From positions 127,149 to 191,148 of the forward strand of contig CALCDZ010000003.1 in the NCBI GenBank assembly GCA_937900255.1: a stretch of DNA of 64,000 nt. Direction: 5' to 3'. The notes under the pieces are model-generated. The model did no database searches. It saw nothing but the letters and a program-made list of their open reading frames with translations, and was not told the DNA's origin. A program made the translations under genes and the position numbers. Positions 18,323 through 25,462 of the stretch are shown here, piece after piece; within the stretch, counting starts at the first letter, position 1; the number at the start of each line of letters is the position of its first letter. This stretch comes from an uncultured bacterium (GTDB lineage Bacteria; Patescibacteriota; Patescibacteriia; SG8-24; DYFX01).

Positions 18323-18766
18323 ATGAAAACGCAACACGGATTGCCCGCCATCAGCTGCCGGGACCTGCGCATCCTGCAGGAGAAGGAGAAGAAGCACGTG
18401 CTGATCGACGTCCGCGACGCCGCCGAGTACGAAGCCGGCCACGTCGAGGAGTCCATCCACGTCCCGCTCAAGGAACTCGAGTCGAACATCGATTCCGTGG
18501 TGCCGGAGAAGGACGAATACGTCATCGTCATCGGCGAAGAGCGAGGGCTCGCGCCGGAAACCTACGAAGCCCTTAAGACGAAAGGGTATTCCAACGTGGA
18601 GTTCCTGCTCGGAGGCTTCGACGAATGGTGCAAGCCGGCCACGCCCGACATTTCCGACCTGGTTGAGGACGCCGAATTGGAAAAAGGGATCTCTGAAGAG
18701 GGGCATGAGCACGATGAAGACAAGGACAACATCGAGCAGGGCAGCGACGACGAACCGTTGATGTAA
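18323..18766 (+). CDS. rhodanese-like domain protein with acidic C-terminal tail (active-site Cys apparently absent from the usual loop)
   Basis: Rhodanese fold signature (HVLIDVRDAAEYEAGHVEESIHVPL ... LGGFDEW). The loop where CxxGxR is expected reads VIVIGEERG. Confidence 0.65.
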   Translation: MKTQHGLPAISCRDLRILQEKEKKHVLIDVRDAAEYEAGHVEESIHVPLKELESNIDSVVPEKDEYVIVIGEERGLAPETYEALKTKGYSNVEFLLGGFDEWCKPATPDISDLVEDAELEKGISEEGHEHDEDKDNIEQGSDDEPLM

Positions 18767-18846
18767 AAACCCTTGTAAACGTTGGCCCCTTGTAGAGGAA
18801 CTGCTATACTTCCTTACGTACTAAGACTTATCCACATAGAGATCGT

Positions 18847-19128
18847 ATGGCGAAGATGAGCAAGTCGCAGGTCGTGGCCGCCATGGCCGACAAGTGCGGG
18901 ATGGCTAAGAAGGATTCGGCCATGTTCCTGGAATCCTTGGCCGCTTTGGCCGAGACGGAGGTCAAGAAGGCCGGCGAGTTCGTTCTCCCGGGCTTCGGCA
19001 AGCTGGTCAAGATGCACCGCAAGGAGCGCATGGGCCGCAACCCCGCCACCGGCCAGCCGGTGAAGATCGCCGCCAAGACGGTCGTGAAGTTCCGCCTCGC
19101 CAAGGCGATGAAGGACGCCGTCCTCTAA
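18847..19128 (+). CDS. hup: DNA-binding protein HU
   Basis: 93 aa. The HU/IHF beta-arm region VLPGFGKLVKMHRKERMGRNPATGQPVKIAAKTVVKF carries the conserved RNP.TG motif. Confidence 0.9.
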   Translation: MAKMSKSQVVAAMADKCGMAKKDSAMFLESLAALAETEVKKAGEFVLPGFGKLVKMHRKERMGRNPATGQPVKIAAKTVVKFRLAKAMKDAVL

Positions 19129-19143
19129 GAAAGAGCCATGAGA

Positions 19144-19169
19144 CCCCGTGCCGAAAGGCCGGGGTTTTT
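19144..19169 (+). terminator. intrinsic terminator after hup (CCCCGTGCC-GAAA-GGCCGGGG + T5)
   Basis: GC-rich imperfect stem followed by TTTTT. Confidence 0.55.
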
Positions 19170-19232
19170 GGTTTGCGGGCCGTTTGCGAGGGTCTTGCAT
19201 GGAAAAGGCCGCTTCTGTTAGGGCTTCGGCAT

Positions 19233-19814
19233 ATGAAAATGCCTATACGGAAGACGCTCATCTTCTCCTTGATCGCCGCCGTCGCGGCCATCGGCCTGTG
19301 GTGCGCCTATGCCTGGCGGTTCGGCCGCCTTTCGGGGTATGACCGTTCGATCAGGACGGTGCCGGGCGAGCCGATCAAGGTGGCGCGCGTCATCGATGGC
19401 GACACGATCGTGCTCGCGAACGGCGACCGCCTGCGCTACATCGGCATCGACACGCCCGAAGAGTTCGACCGCCGCAAGCCGGTGCAGTGCTGGGCCCGCG
19501 AGGCGGCCGAAGCCAACCGCAAGCTGGTGGAGGGCAAGACGATCGTCTTCATGCAGGACGTCTCGCGACGCGACAGATACGGGCGCTGGCTAGGGTTCGT
19601 TTCGGTGAGGGAAGACGGGCATCCGGATGTCGACGTGAACGCCACGCTGGTGAAGGAGGGTCATGCCTTCAGCTACCCGTACAAGCCGGACACGTCGCGT
19701 TCGGCGGAATTCAAGGCGGACGAGGCTGAGGCCAAGGCGGGGCGGCTCGGCCTCTGGTCGCACTGTCAGGTTTCACGGGTCGGCGCCCGTAAGCAGACGA
19801 ACGCCGTCAGATGA
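19233..19814 (+). CDS. secreted thermonuclease (staphylococcal-nuclease-like, SNase)
   Basis: Signal peptide MKMPIRKTLIFSLIAAVAAIGLW. SNase motifs GDTIVL..RLRYIGIDTPE and WLGFV. Confidence 0.8.
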   Translation: MKMPIRKTLIFSLIAAVAAIGLWCAYAWRFGRLSGYDRSIRTVPGEPIKVARVIDGDTIVLANGDRLRYIGIDTPEEFDRRKPVQCWAREAAEANRKLVEGKTIVFMQDVSRRDRYGRWLGFVSVREDGHPDVDVNATLVKEGHAFSYPYKPDTSRSAEFKADEAEAKAGRLGLWSHCQVSRVGARKQTNAVR

Positions 19815-19886
19815 ACGTCGAGCGCTACTTCCCGCATCGGCGCCTTTTGCCGTATACTGTCCGCGTACCGTTTCTTAATCATCCAT

Positions 19887-19952
19887 ATGGCCAAGGGGAA
19901 CAACGCCCAGAAGCGCGAGACCAAGAAGCCGAAAGCCGGAAAGAAGAAATAG
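19887..19952 (+). CDS. candidate 21-aa highly basic peptide MAKGNNAQKRETKKPKAGKKK
   Basis: ATG preceded by a TATACT -10-like hexamer (19853-19858) and followed by terminator 19961-19989. No family assignment. Confidence 0.25.
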   Translation: MAKGNNAQKRETKKPKAGKKK

Positions 19953-19960
19953 GCCGAAAG

Positions 19961-19989
19961 CGCCTCCGGAAGGAGGTCTTTCGTTTTTT
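19961..19989 (+). terminator. intrinsic terminator (CCTCC-GGAA-GGAGG + TCTTTCGTTTTTT)
   Basis: GNRA-loop hairpin plus a long T-rich tail. Confidence 0.55.
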
Positions 19990-20005
19990 CTGCTACACTT
20001 GAAGC

Positions 20006-21076
20006 ATGTACAAGCCGACCCCCCATATGATCGCCGCCGGTTTCGGCGCGCTGGCCCTCCTGACCCTGATCGGCGGCGGGTGGTTGATCGTCCGCGACCA
20101 GGCGAACGTTCGGGTCGCCCTGGCGACGGCCGCACCCCAGGAAACGGCCGACGAAGTCCCGCCGAAGCCGATGCTGGACAAGGATACCTATGACCGCAAG
20201 CTCCGGCAGCTCGCCGGCCTTTCCGAAAGCGCCACCGATACCGCCGGGTTGCTTTGGCCCGCCAAGGCCAGCTATCCGGAAGTCGGGGCCATCTTGCCGT
20301 TCAAGCGGATCGTCGCCTATTACGGCAACTTCCTCTCCAAGGGCATGGGTGTGCTGGGGGAGTACCCGGAGGACGTGATGCTCGGGATGTTCAGGAAGGA
20401 GATCGCGGCTTGGGAAGCGGCCGACCCGGCCACGCCCGTGCAGCCGGCCATCGACTACATCGCCGTCACCGCGCAGGCCGGCGCCGGCGCCGACGGGATG
20501 TATCGCGCCCGCATGTCGCCGAAGGAGATCGATAAGGCTCTGGCGATCGCGGCCAAGGTGGACGGCATCGTCATCCTGGAAGTGCAGGCCGGCAAAGCCG
20601 ACCTGATGGGGGAGGTGAAGGCGCTTGAACCGTACCTGGTCAAGCCGCAGGTGCACCTGGCCATCGACCCCGAGTTCGCGATGCGGAAATCGGGGGCGGC
20701 ACCGGGTACGCAAGTCGGGACGGTCGATGCCGCCGACGTGAACGCCGTCGCGGAATATCTCGCCGGACTGGTGCGTGCCAACGGCCTGCCGCCCAAGGTC
20801 CTGATCGTCCACAGGTATACCCGCCCGATGGTCACGCGCGCCGTCAAGATCGTGCCTCTGCCGGAAGTGCAGGTCCTGATGGACATGGACGGTTGGGGTC
20901 CGCCCGACCGCAAGTACAGTTCCTACAACGCCTACATCAAGCCCGAGCCGGTCCAGTTCACTGGGTTCAAGCTCTTCTACAAGAACGACGTCAAGCAACC
21001 CGGCACCAAGGTGCTGACGCCTGAGCAGGTCCTCTCGAACCTGACGCCGAAGCCGTCGTTCATCCAGTACCAATGA
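20006..21076 (+). CDS. hypothetical membrane-anchored protein (N-terminal TM, 356 aa)
   Basis: Signal-anchor AAGFGALALLTLIGGGWLIV. No catalytic motif recognised with confidence. Confidence 0.65.
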   Translation: MYKPTPHMIAAGFGALALLTLIGGGWLIVRDQANVRVALATAAPQETADEVPPKPMLDKDTYDRKLRQLAGLSESATDTAGLLWPAKASYPEVGAILPFKRIVAYYGNFLSKGMGVLGEYPEDVMLGMFRKEIAAWEAADPATPVQPAIDYIAVTAQAGAGADGMYRARMSPKEIDKALAIAAKVDGIVILEVQAGKADLMGEVKALEPYLVKPQVHLAIDPEFAMRKSGAAPGTQVGTVDAADVNAVAEYLAGLVRANGLPPKVLIVHRYTRPMVTRAVKIVPLPEVQVLMDMDGWGPPDRKYSSYNAYIKPEPVQFTGFKLFYKNDVKQPGTKVLTPEQVLSNLTPKPSFIQYQ

Positions 21077-21077
21077 T

Positions 21078-21659
21078 ATGATTACCCTCGCCGACATGCC
21101 GATCGCGTTCGTTATCCTTTGCTGGGTCATTTTCGTGATCGTTTGGATCGCCGCTGCGCCGCGCGTGAAGAAGGTCGCGGCCGCCCAGGACGTGAATTGG
21201 AACCTGCGTTTCGCCCTGATCGCCATCGCGCTCATCCTGCTCATGAACGGCGTGCCCGCGATTTCCGCCCTGGCCGGCGTGCGCCTATTGCCGAAGCGTC
21301 CGGAAATCGGACTGTTGGCGGACGCGCTCGCCTTGATCGGGCTCCTCGTCATGCTGTGGGCGCGCGCGATCATCGGGAAGAACTGGAGCGGGGAAGTGGT
21401 GCTGAGGAAGGATCATGAGCTGGCGATGACCGGCCCGTATGCCTACGTCCGTCACCCGATCTATTCCGGACTCCTCCTGCTCATGCTGGCCACGGCCATG
21501 GCTTTCGGCGTCGTTTCCGGTTTCGTCGTCTTCGTCACGTTTTTCGCCGTCCTCCTCTACAAATCGCGTATCGAGGAACGCTTCATGGCAGGGCACTTTC
21601 CCGAGACGTACACCGCCTACATGAAAAAGACCAAGGCGCTCGTCCCATTCGTCTTCTGA
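21078..21659 (+). CDS. isoprenylcysteine carboxyl methyltransferase (ICMT)-family membrane methyltransferase
   Basis: Multi-TM protein with the C-terminal ICMT/PEMT-type motif (YVRHPIYSG.. ..E..F). Confidence 0.75.
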   Translation: MITLADMPIAFVILCWVIFVIVWIAAAPRVKKVAAAQDVNWNLRFALIAIALILLMNGVPAISALAGVRLLPKRPEIGLLADALALIGLLVMLWARAIIGKNWSGEVVLRKDHELAMTGPYAYVRHPIYSGLLLLMLATAMAFGVVSGFVVFVTFFAVLLYKSRIEERFMAGHFPETYTAYMKKTKALVPFVF

Positions 21660-21692
21660 ACGGCCGAACCGTCCCATTTCGCCTTTGAAGAG

Positions 21693-22028
21693 ATGAAAAA
21701 ACGCAACGTCTTCAGCGAACGCGTCGTCGAGATGGCCCTTTCGATCCCGAAAGGCCGCGTCACGACCTACGGACGCCTGGCCCGGGCGGCCGGGGGCGGC
21801 GCGATGGCTTCGCAGAGCATCACCTCCATCCTCGGCAAGGCGGAAGCCCGCGGCGTGAAAGGTATCCCGTATCATCGTATCGTCTACGCCGACGGTCGGG
21901 TCTGGATGAGCCGCACGCACCGTGCCGCGCGTCTCGCGCTGTATGAGAAGGAGGGGATCAAGATCGACAAGGACGACAAGATTATCGATTTCAAGAATAA
22001 GGTCCTCGACCCGAACGTATCACCATGA
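21693..22028 (+). CDS. MGMT-family DNA-binding domain protein lacking the acceptor cysteine (alkyltransferase-like, ATL)
   Basis: Helix-turn-helix GRVTTYGRLA and the PYHRIV motif (Cys replaced by Tyr compared with canonical PCHRV). Confidence 0.7.
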   Translation: MKKRNVFSERVVEMALSIPKGRVTTYGRLARAAGGGAMASQSITSILGKAEARGVKGIPYHRIVYADGRVWMSRTHRAARLALYEKEGIKIDKDDKIIDFKNKVLDPNVSP

Positions 22029-22420
22029 AAACCGCCTACGCGACCATTCCCGCCTACAACCGCGGCCAAGCCAAGGGCGACAAGGCCATCTGCGACGCGC
22101 TCCGGAAAGAGATCGAGAAGGCCCTGCCGAAAGCCGAGAGCAAGATCTGGCACGGCGCTCCCGTCTGGTTCCTGGACGGCAACCCGATCGTCGGCTACCA
22201 CAAGCTCAAGGACGGCATCCGTCTCATGTTCTGGAGCGGCCAGTCGTTCGAGGAAGAAGGCCTGGAGCCGGAAGGTTCCTTCAAGGCGGCCGAAGCGCGC
22301 TACGCCGACGTCAAAGAGATCAAGCCCGCCGTCCTCCGTCGTTGGCTCGGCAAGGCCAAGAAGATCCAGTGGGACTACAAGCACATCGTGAAGAACAAGG
22401 GGCTGGTGCGGTTGAAGTGA
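22025..22420 (+). CDS. DUF1801 (YdhG-like) domain protein
   Basis: 131 aa. Start overlaps previous stop (ATGA). Typical length and hydrophobic pattern (KIWHGAPVWFLDGNPIVGY). Confidence 0.6.
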   Translation: MKTAYATIPAYNRGQAKGDKAICDALRKEIEKALPKAESKIWHGAPVWFLDGNPIVGYHKLKDGIRLMFWSGQSFEEEGLEPEGSFKAAEARYADVKEIKPAVLRRWLGKAKKIQWDYKHIVKNKGLVRLK

Positions 22421-22478
22421 ACCTTTTGAAGCGTCAGTATCGCGCAAGCGGTCCATTCATCATTGAAACTCCAGGAAT

Positions 22479-22907
22479 ATGTCGAAGAACCCGGTGGTGC
22501 ATTTCGAGATGGGCTATGAGGACCGCGAACGGCTGAAGAGATTCTATGCGGACGCGTTCGGCTGGCAGATGCGTCAGCTGGGTGAGGAAATGGGCGGCTA
22601 TGTCGTCGCCCAGACGGCCGAGACCGACGAGAACGGTATGGTGAAGACGCCCGGCACCATCAACGGCGGTTTCTACAAGAAGTCCGAAGACCCGCTCTCG
22701 CACGCACCCTCGGTCGTCATCGCCGTCGAGGACATCGCGGCGGCGGTCGAGAAGGTGAAGGCGGGCGGCGGCGAGATCCTCGGCGCCATGGGCCAAGACG
22801 GCCAGCGAAGCATGGAACCCCAGCCGATCCCCGGGGTCGGCCTCTGGATCTCCATCCGCGACACCGAAGGCAACCGCGTCAGCCTGCTCCAACCGAACAA
22901 GATGTGA
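22479..22907 (+). CDS. VOC/glyoxalase-bleomycin-resistance-fold protein
   Basis: 142 aa, paired beta-alpha-beta-beta-beta modules (VHFEM.. ..SVVIAVEDI). Confidence 0.8.
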   Translation: MSKNPVVHFEMGYEDRERLKRFYADAFGWQMRQLGEEMGGYVVAQTAETDENGMVKTPGTINGGFYKKSEDPLSHAPSVVIAVEDIAAAVEKVKAGGGEILGAMGQDGQRSMEPQPIPGVGLWISIRDTEGNRVSLLQPNKM

Positions 22908-22915
22908 CGCCGCGG

Positions 22916-22947
22916 CTCCCCGAAAGGGGAGCTTTCGTTTACGCTGA
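22916..22947 (+). repeat. 32-nt direct repeat copy 1 (CTCCCCGAAAGGGGAGCTTTCGTTTACGCTGA), also a hairpin/terminator for the VOC gene
   Basis: 31/32 identical to 23640-23671, differing only at the base after GGGGAG (C here, T in copy 2). It contains the hairpin CTCCCC-GAAA-GGGGAG. Confidence 0.7.
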
Positions 22948-23059
22948 AGACATGAAACCCAAGAAAAAACCTGCTCCCGCGGCCACTCCTTCACCGTCTC
23001 CGGCCCGTGCCCGAAGTGCTGGCCCGCTGGTGCCAAGAAGCACGCCGACAAAAAGAAAG

Positions 23060-23088
23060 AAAAAACCGCCCCACGGCGGTTTTCGGTT
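23060..23088. terminator. bidirectional intrinsic terminator (A6-CCGCC-CCAC-GGCGG-T4)
   Basis: Immediately downstream of the minus-strand gene 23089-23433. A-run and T-run on either side. Confidence 0.6.
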
Positions 23089-23433
23089 TCAGGCCAGGAT
23101 GGCGCGCCTGTCTTCGAGGGTGAGGACCTTCTTGCGTTCAAGGACGTTTACGAGCCGGTTCATGTGACCGTCACGCTGGCCCAGTTTTTCGTCGAGGTAG
23201 TCCTTCGTGACCATGCCGGCCTTGATGCTCGTGACATCCGTCTTAAGGCCAGTCACATCCACCTTGATCCCGGTCACGTCCGCCTTCAGTCCTGCGATAT
23301 CGGACTTAAGCCCCGCGACATCGGATTTCAGTCCTGCAACGTCGGTCTTCATCCCTTCAATTTCGACTTGGACGCCCGAAAAGCCCTTGCTGACCGCGTC
23401 GAGGACATCGCTGATCGTGGGTTCTGCTTCCAT
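23089..23433 (-). CDS. coiled-coil protein with heptad-like (D/K)V(A/T)G(L/I)K(S/T)D repeats (DUF1640-like)
   Basis: 114 aa. Repeats DVAGLKSDVAGLKSDIAGLKADVTGIKVDVTGLKTDV. Followed by terminator 23060-23088. Confidence 0.5.
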   Translation of the reverse strand: MEAEPTISDVLDAVSKGFSGVQVEIEGMKTDVAGLKSDVAGLKSDIAGLKADVTGIKVDVTGLKTDVTSIKAGMVTKDYLDEKLGQRDGHMNRLVNVLERKKVLTLEDRRAILA

Positions 23434-23531
23434 AGAGGGTTCGCTTTCAAGGATTATAACACGGACCTACCAGAGACCGTTTCCGGCTGTCAATCCGTCC
23501 GAGCGGCAACCAGACCTGGAAATCTCGGTTT

Positions 23532-23559
23532 TGGGGTTCGAGTCCCCGCCGGTCCACCA
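23532..23559 (+). other. tRNA 3'-end-like fragment: T-arm (TGGGG-TTCGAGT-CCCCG) + 7-nt acceptor strand CCGGTCC + discriminator A + CCA. No matching 5' acceptor strand or D/anticodon arms found upstream
   Basis: Canonical T-loop TTCGAGT closed by a 5-bp stem and followed by a genomically encoded CCA. Only 5 of 7 pairs are possible with the best upstream candidate (GGACCTA, 23463-23469), which would also give a 97-nt molecule. Confidence 0.5.
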
Positions 23560-23564
23560 CCGCT

Positions 23565-23594
23565 TTGACAAGCATGCGGTGAAAGGCGTATCAT
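23565..23594 (+). promoter_or_regulatory. sigma70-like promoter (TTGACA-18 nt-TATCAT) for the NERD gene, starting 6 nt after the tRNA-like CCA
   Basis: Consensus -35. The -10 TATCAT matches 5 of 6 consensus positions. Confidence 0.55.
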
Positions 23595-23639
23595 GGACGA
23601 CATCCAGGTCTGGCCGCCTTGGCGAAAGCCGAGAGAAAA

Positions 23640-23671
23640 CTCCCCGAAAGGGGAGTTTTCGTTTACGCTGA
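23640..23671 (+). repeat. 32-nt direct repeat copy 2 (CTCCCCGAAAGGGGAGTTTTCGTTTACGCTGA) in the 5' leader of the NERD gene
   Basis: See copy 1. It lies between promoter 23565-23594 and ATG 23703. Confidence 0.7.
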
Positions 23672-23702
23672 GGGCGCGGATGTCGTCTCTGAAAGGAATG
23701 AT

Positions 23703-24377
23703 ATGGCCTATCTCAAGTGGCTGGAGGATGGATACGTAAAGAAACAATCAGGTAAGTACTTGTGGTGGGGCATGGGTGTCGCTGCGATCGGATACCTAGC
23801 CTATCGTGGTTTCATCGATGAACGACTTCCGTCGCCTCTGATCATTTTAGGAGGCACTGGCATTTTGATCGCGTACGTACATTTGCACGTGAAGTTCTTC
23901 AAGAAGCACTTGAAATTTGAAAAGGGTTATGAAGGTGAGATGGCCGCCGCAAGGGAGCTGTGCAAACTGCCGGAGGGCTATCTGGCTTTCCACGACGTAC
24001 AACTTCCCGGCAGGCACGGTAATATCGATTTTGTCGTAGTGACGCCTTCTCACGTGTACGCCGTAGAGGTCAAAAACATGAAGCGCCACATCCGCAAGTC
24101 CGACATCAGCCAGGCGAAACGGAACGCCCTTTTCTTGAATAGATGGCTTCAGCAAGAAGTGGGCCAGTACATCATCGTGCAGCCCGTGCTGGCATCCGTG
24201 AACAAGAAAATCCAGTTTCACAGCGGCATGACCGACGAGACCGGAGTGGTCCGCCTCGAGGATCTCAACGCATTCATCCTGGACAAATCAGGACGGTCGT
24301 ACGGCACCGGCCTGATGGTCCAGGTCGTACGGGTCCTGAAGAGATTTACGCCCGTTCACGAAGTCGTCTGCGACTAG
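23703..24377 (+). CDS. NERD (nuclease-related domain) protein with N-terminal TM region
   Basis: NERD signature FHDVQLPGRHGNIDFVVVTPSHVYAVEVKNMK. SD AAAGGA 6 nt before ATG 23703; the track ORF starts upstream at a TTG. Local GC content is clearly lower than the surroundings. Confidence 0.75.
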   Translation: MAYLKWLEDGYVKKQSGKYLWWGMGVAAIGYLAYRGFIDERLPSPLIILGGTGILIAYVHLHVKFFKKHLKFEKGYEGEMAAARELCKLPEGYLAFHDVQLPGRHGNIDFVVVTPSHVYAVEVKNMKRHIRKSDISQAKRNALFLNRWLQQEVGQYIIVQPVLASVNKKIQFHSGMTDETGVVRLEDLNAFILDKSGRSYGTGLMVQVVRVLKRFTPVHEVVCD

Positions 24378-24396
24378 GCTAAAAACAGCCAGAAAT

Positions 24397-24418
24397 GACC
24401 TCAAAACGAGGTCTTTTT
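24397..24418 (+). terminator. intrinsic terminator (GACCTC-AAAAC-GAGGTC + T5)
   Basis: Perfect 6-bp stem + TTTTT after the NERD stop. Confidence 0.7.
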
Positions 24419-24521
24419 GTACTCAGCCGAACCCTTGAAAAGAAAGGGTTTACGTGTTCGCCCTAAAGCGAGTAAAATCGGGTACACTGAATGAGGGAGT
24501 CTATCCCAAAAACTAATATAT

Positions 24522-25439
24522 ATGGCGATTCCCGACTTCCAGACCGTAATGTTACCGATTCTTCAGTTTGCAGGCGATGGGGAGGAGCATTCAATTCGAG
24601 AAGCAATTGAAAACATTTCTGAAAAATTTAATCTTAACCCCGAAGAAAGAAGCTTCGTATTGCCGAGCGGTCATCAATTCATTATCGACAATCGCGTAGG
24701 TTGGGCACGGACGTACATGAAAAAGGCTGGGCTACTGGATACCCCGAGGCGCGGTTTCTTCCGGATTACCGATACTGGAAAAAAAGTGCTCAGTGAAAAG
24801 CCTGAGGCAATTGACGTAAATTTTCTTCAACAATTTCCATCGTTCAATGAGTTCCGAACCTTTAGACGTGAAGAAGAGGGGGTACCGACTCGAGAGGGTT
24901 CAGAAGGATCTTTGACACAGACGCCCCAAGAACAGATTGAAGACGGCTACCAAAAGATTCGGGCAAATCTGGCGCAAGAGATATTAACTGCCATTAAAGG
25001 ATGCTCGCCCAGGTTTTTCGAGAAACTCGTTGTCGAGTTGCTGCTCGGGATGGGCTATGGAGGAGACATTGAAGGTGCGGGTAGGGCCATTGGTCAGAGT
25101 GGAGACGGTGGCATCGATGGTGTGATTAAAGAGGATAAGCTTGGTCTCGATGAAATTTACATTCAAGCAAAACGCTGGGAGGCATCAGTAGGCGCTCCGC
25201 TTGTAAGGAACTTTGTTGGTAGTTTGGCGGGCAGAAATGCGAACAAAGGTGTATTGATTACAACGTCGGATTTTACAAGAGATGCCCTAGACTATGTTAA
25301 GACAGTTTCGCATAAAGTGATACTGATAAACGGAGAAACCCTCGTCCGTTTGATGATTGATCATGGTATTGGTGTATCGAGAGTTGCGAACTATGAAGTG
25401 AAGAAAATTGACGCCGAATACTTCTCTGAAACAGAATAG
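24522..25439 (+). CDS. mrr: Mrr-family type IV restriction endonuclease (Mrr_N winged helix + Mrr_cat nuclease)
   Basis: N-terminal Mrr_N-like region and a C-terminal PD-(D/E)xK-type block (GGIDGVIKED.. DEIYIQAKRW). Markedly AT-rich compared with the flanks. Confidence 0.85.
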   Translation: MAIPDFQTVMLPILQFAGDGEEHSIREAIENISEKFNLNPEERSFVLPSGHQFIIDNRVGWARTYMKKAGLLDTPRRGFFRITDTGKKVLSEKPEAIDVNFLQQFPSFNEFRTFRREEEGVPTREGSEGSLTQTPQEQIEDGYQKIRANLAQEILTAIKGCSPRFFEKLVVELLLGMGYGGDIEGAGRAIGQSGDGGIDGVIKEDKLGLDEIYIQAKRWEASVGAPLVRNFVGSLAGRNANKGVLITTSDFTRDALDYVKTVSHKVILINGETLVRLMIDHGIGVSRVANYEVKKIDAEYFSETE

Positions 25440-25462
25440 AGTTTTTCTGTCCGAAACCTGTC

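Larger units (their letters stand above)
23560..25460. mobile_element. putative horizontally acquired low-GC defence islet (NERD + Mrr) abutting a tRNA 3'-end-like fragment; no integrase or transposase present, so probably a remnant
   Basis: GC content of 23.7-25.44 kb is visibly lower (about 45-50%) than the about 65% flanks. It has its own promoter and terminators and carries defence-type genes next to a tRNA-like att-type fragment. Confidence 0.4.

Noticed and set aside
22952-23167. Lys/Pro-rich small ORF (MKPKKKPAPAATPSP...) after the VOC gene
   Set aside because: Overlaps the minus-strand coiled-coil gene by ~80 nt and reads through the bidirectional terminator. Its N-terminal part in the longer track ORF is just the translated 32-nt repeat. 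Probably not a real gene.
23200-23559. tmRNA (ssrA) hypothesis for the tRNA-like 3' end
   Set aside because: No 5' GGGG...acceptor partner for CCGGTCC and no resume-codon/tag reading frame could be found upstream. The region is occupied by a minus-strand protein gene with its own terminator. Kept only as a tRNA 3'-end-like fragment.
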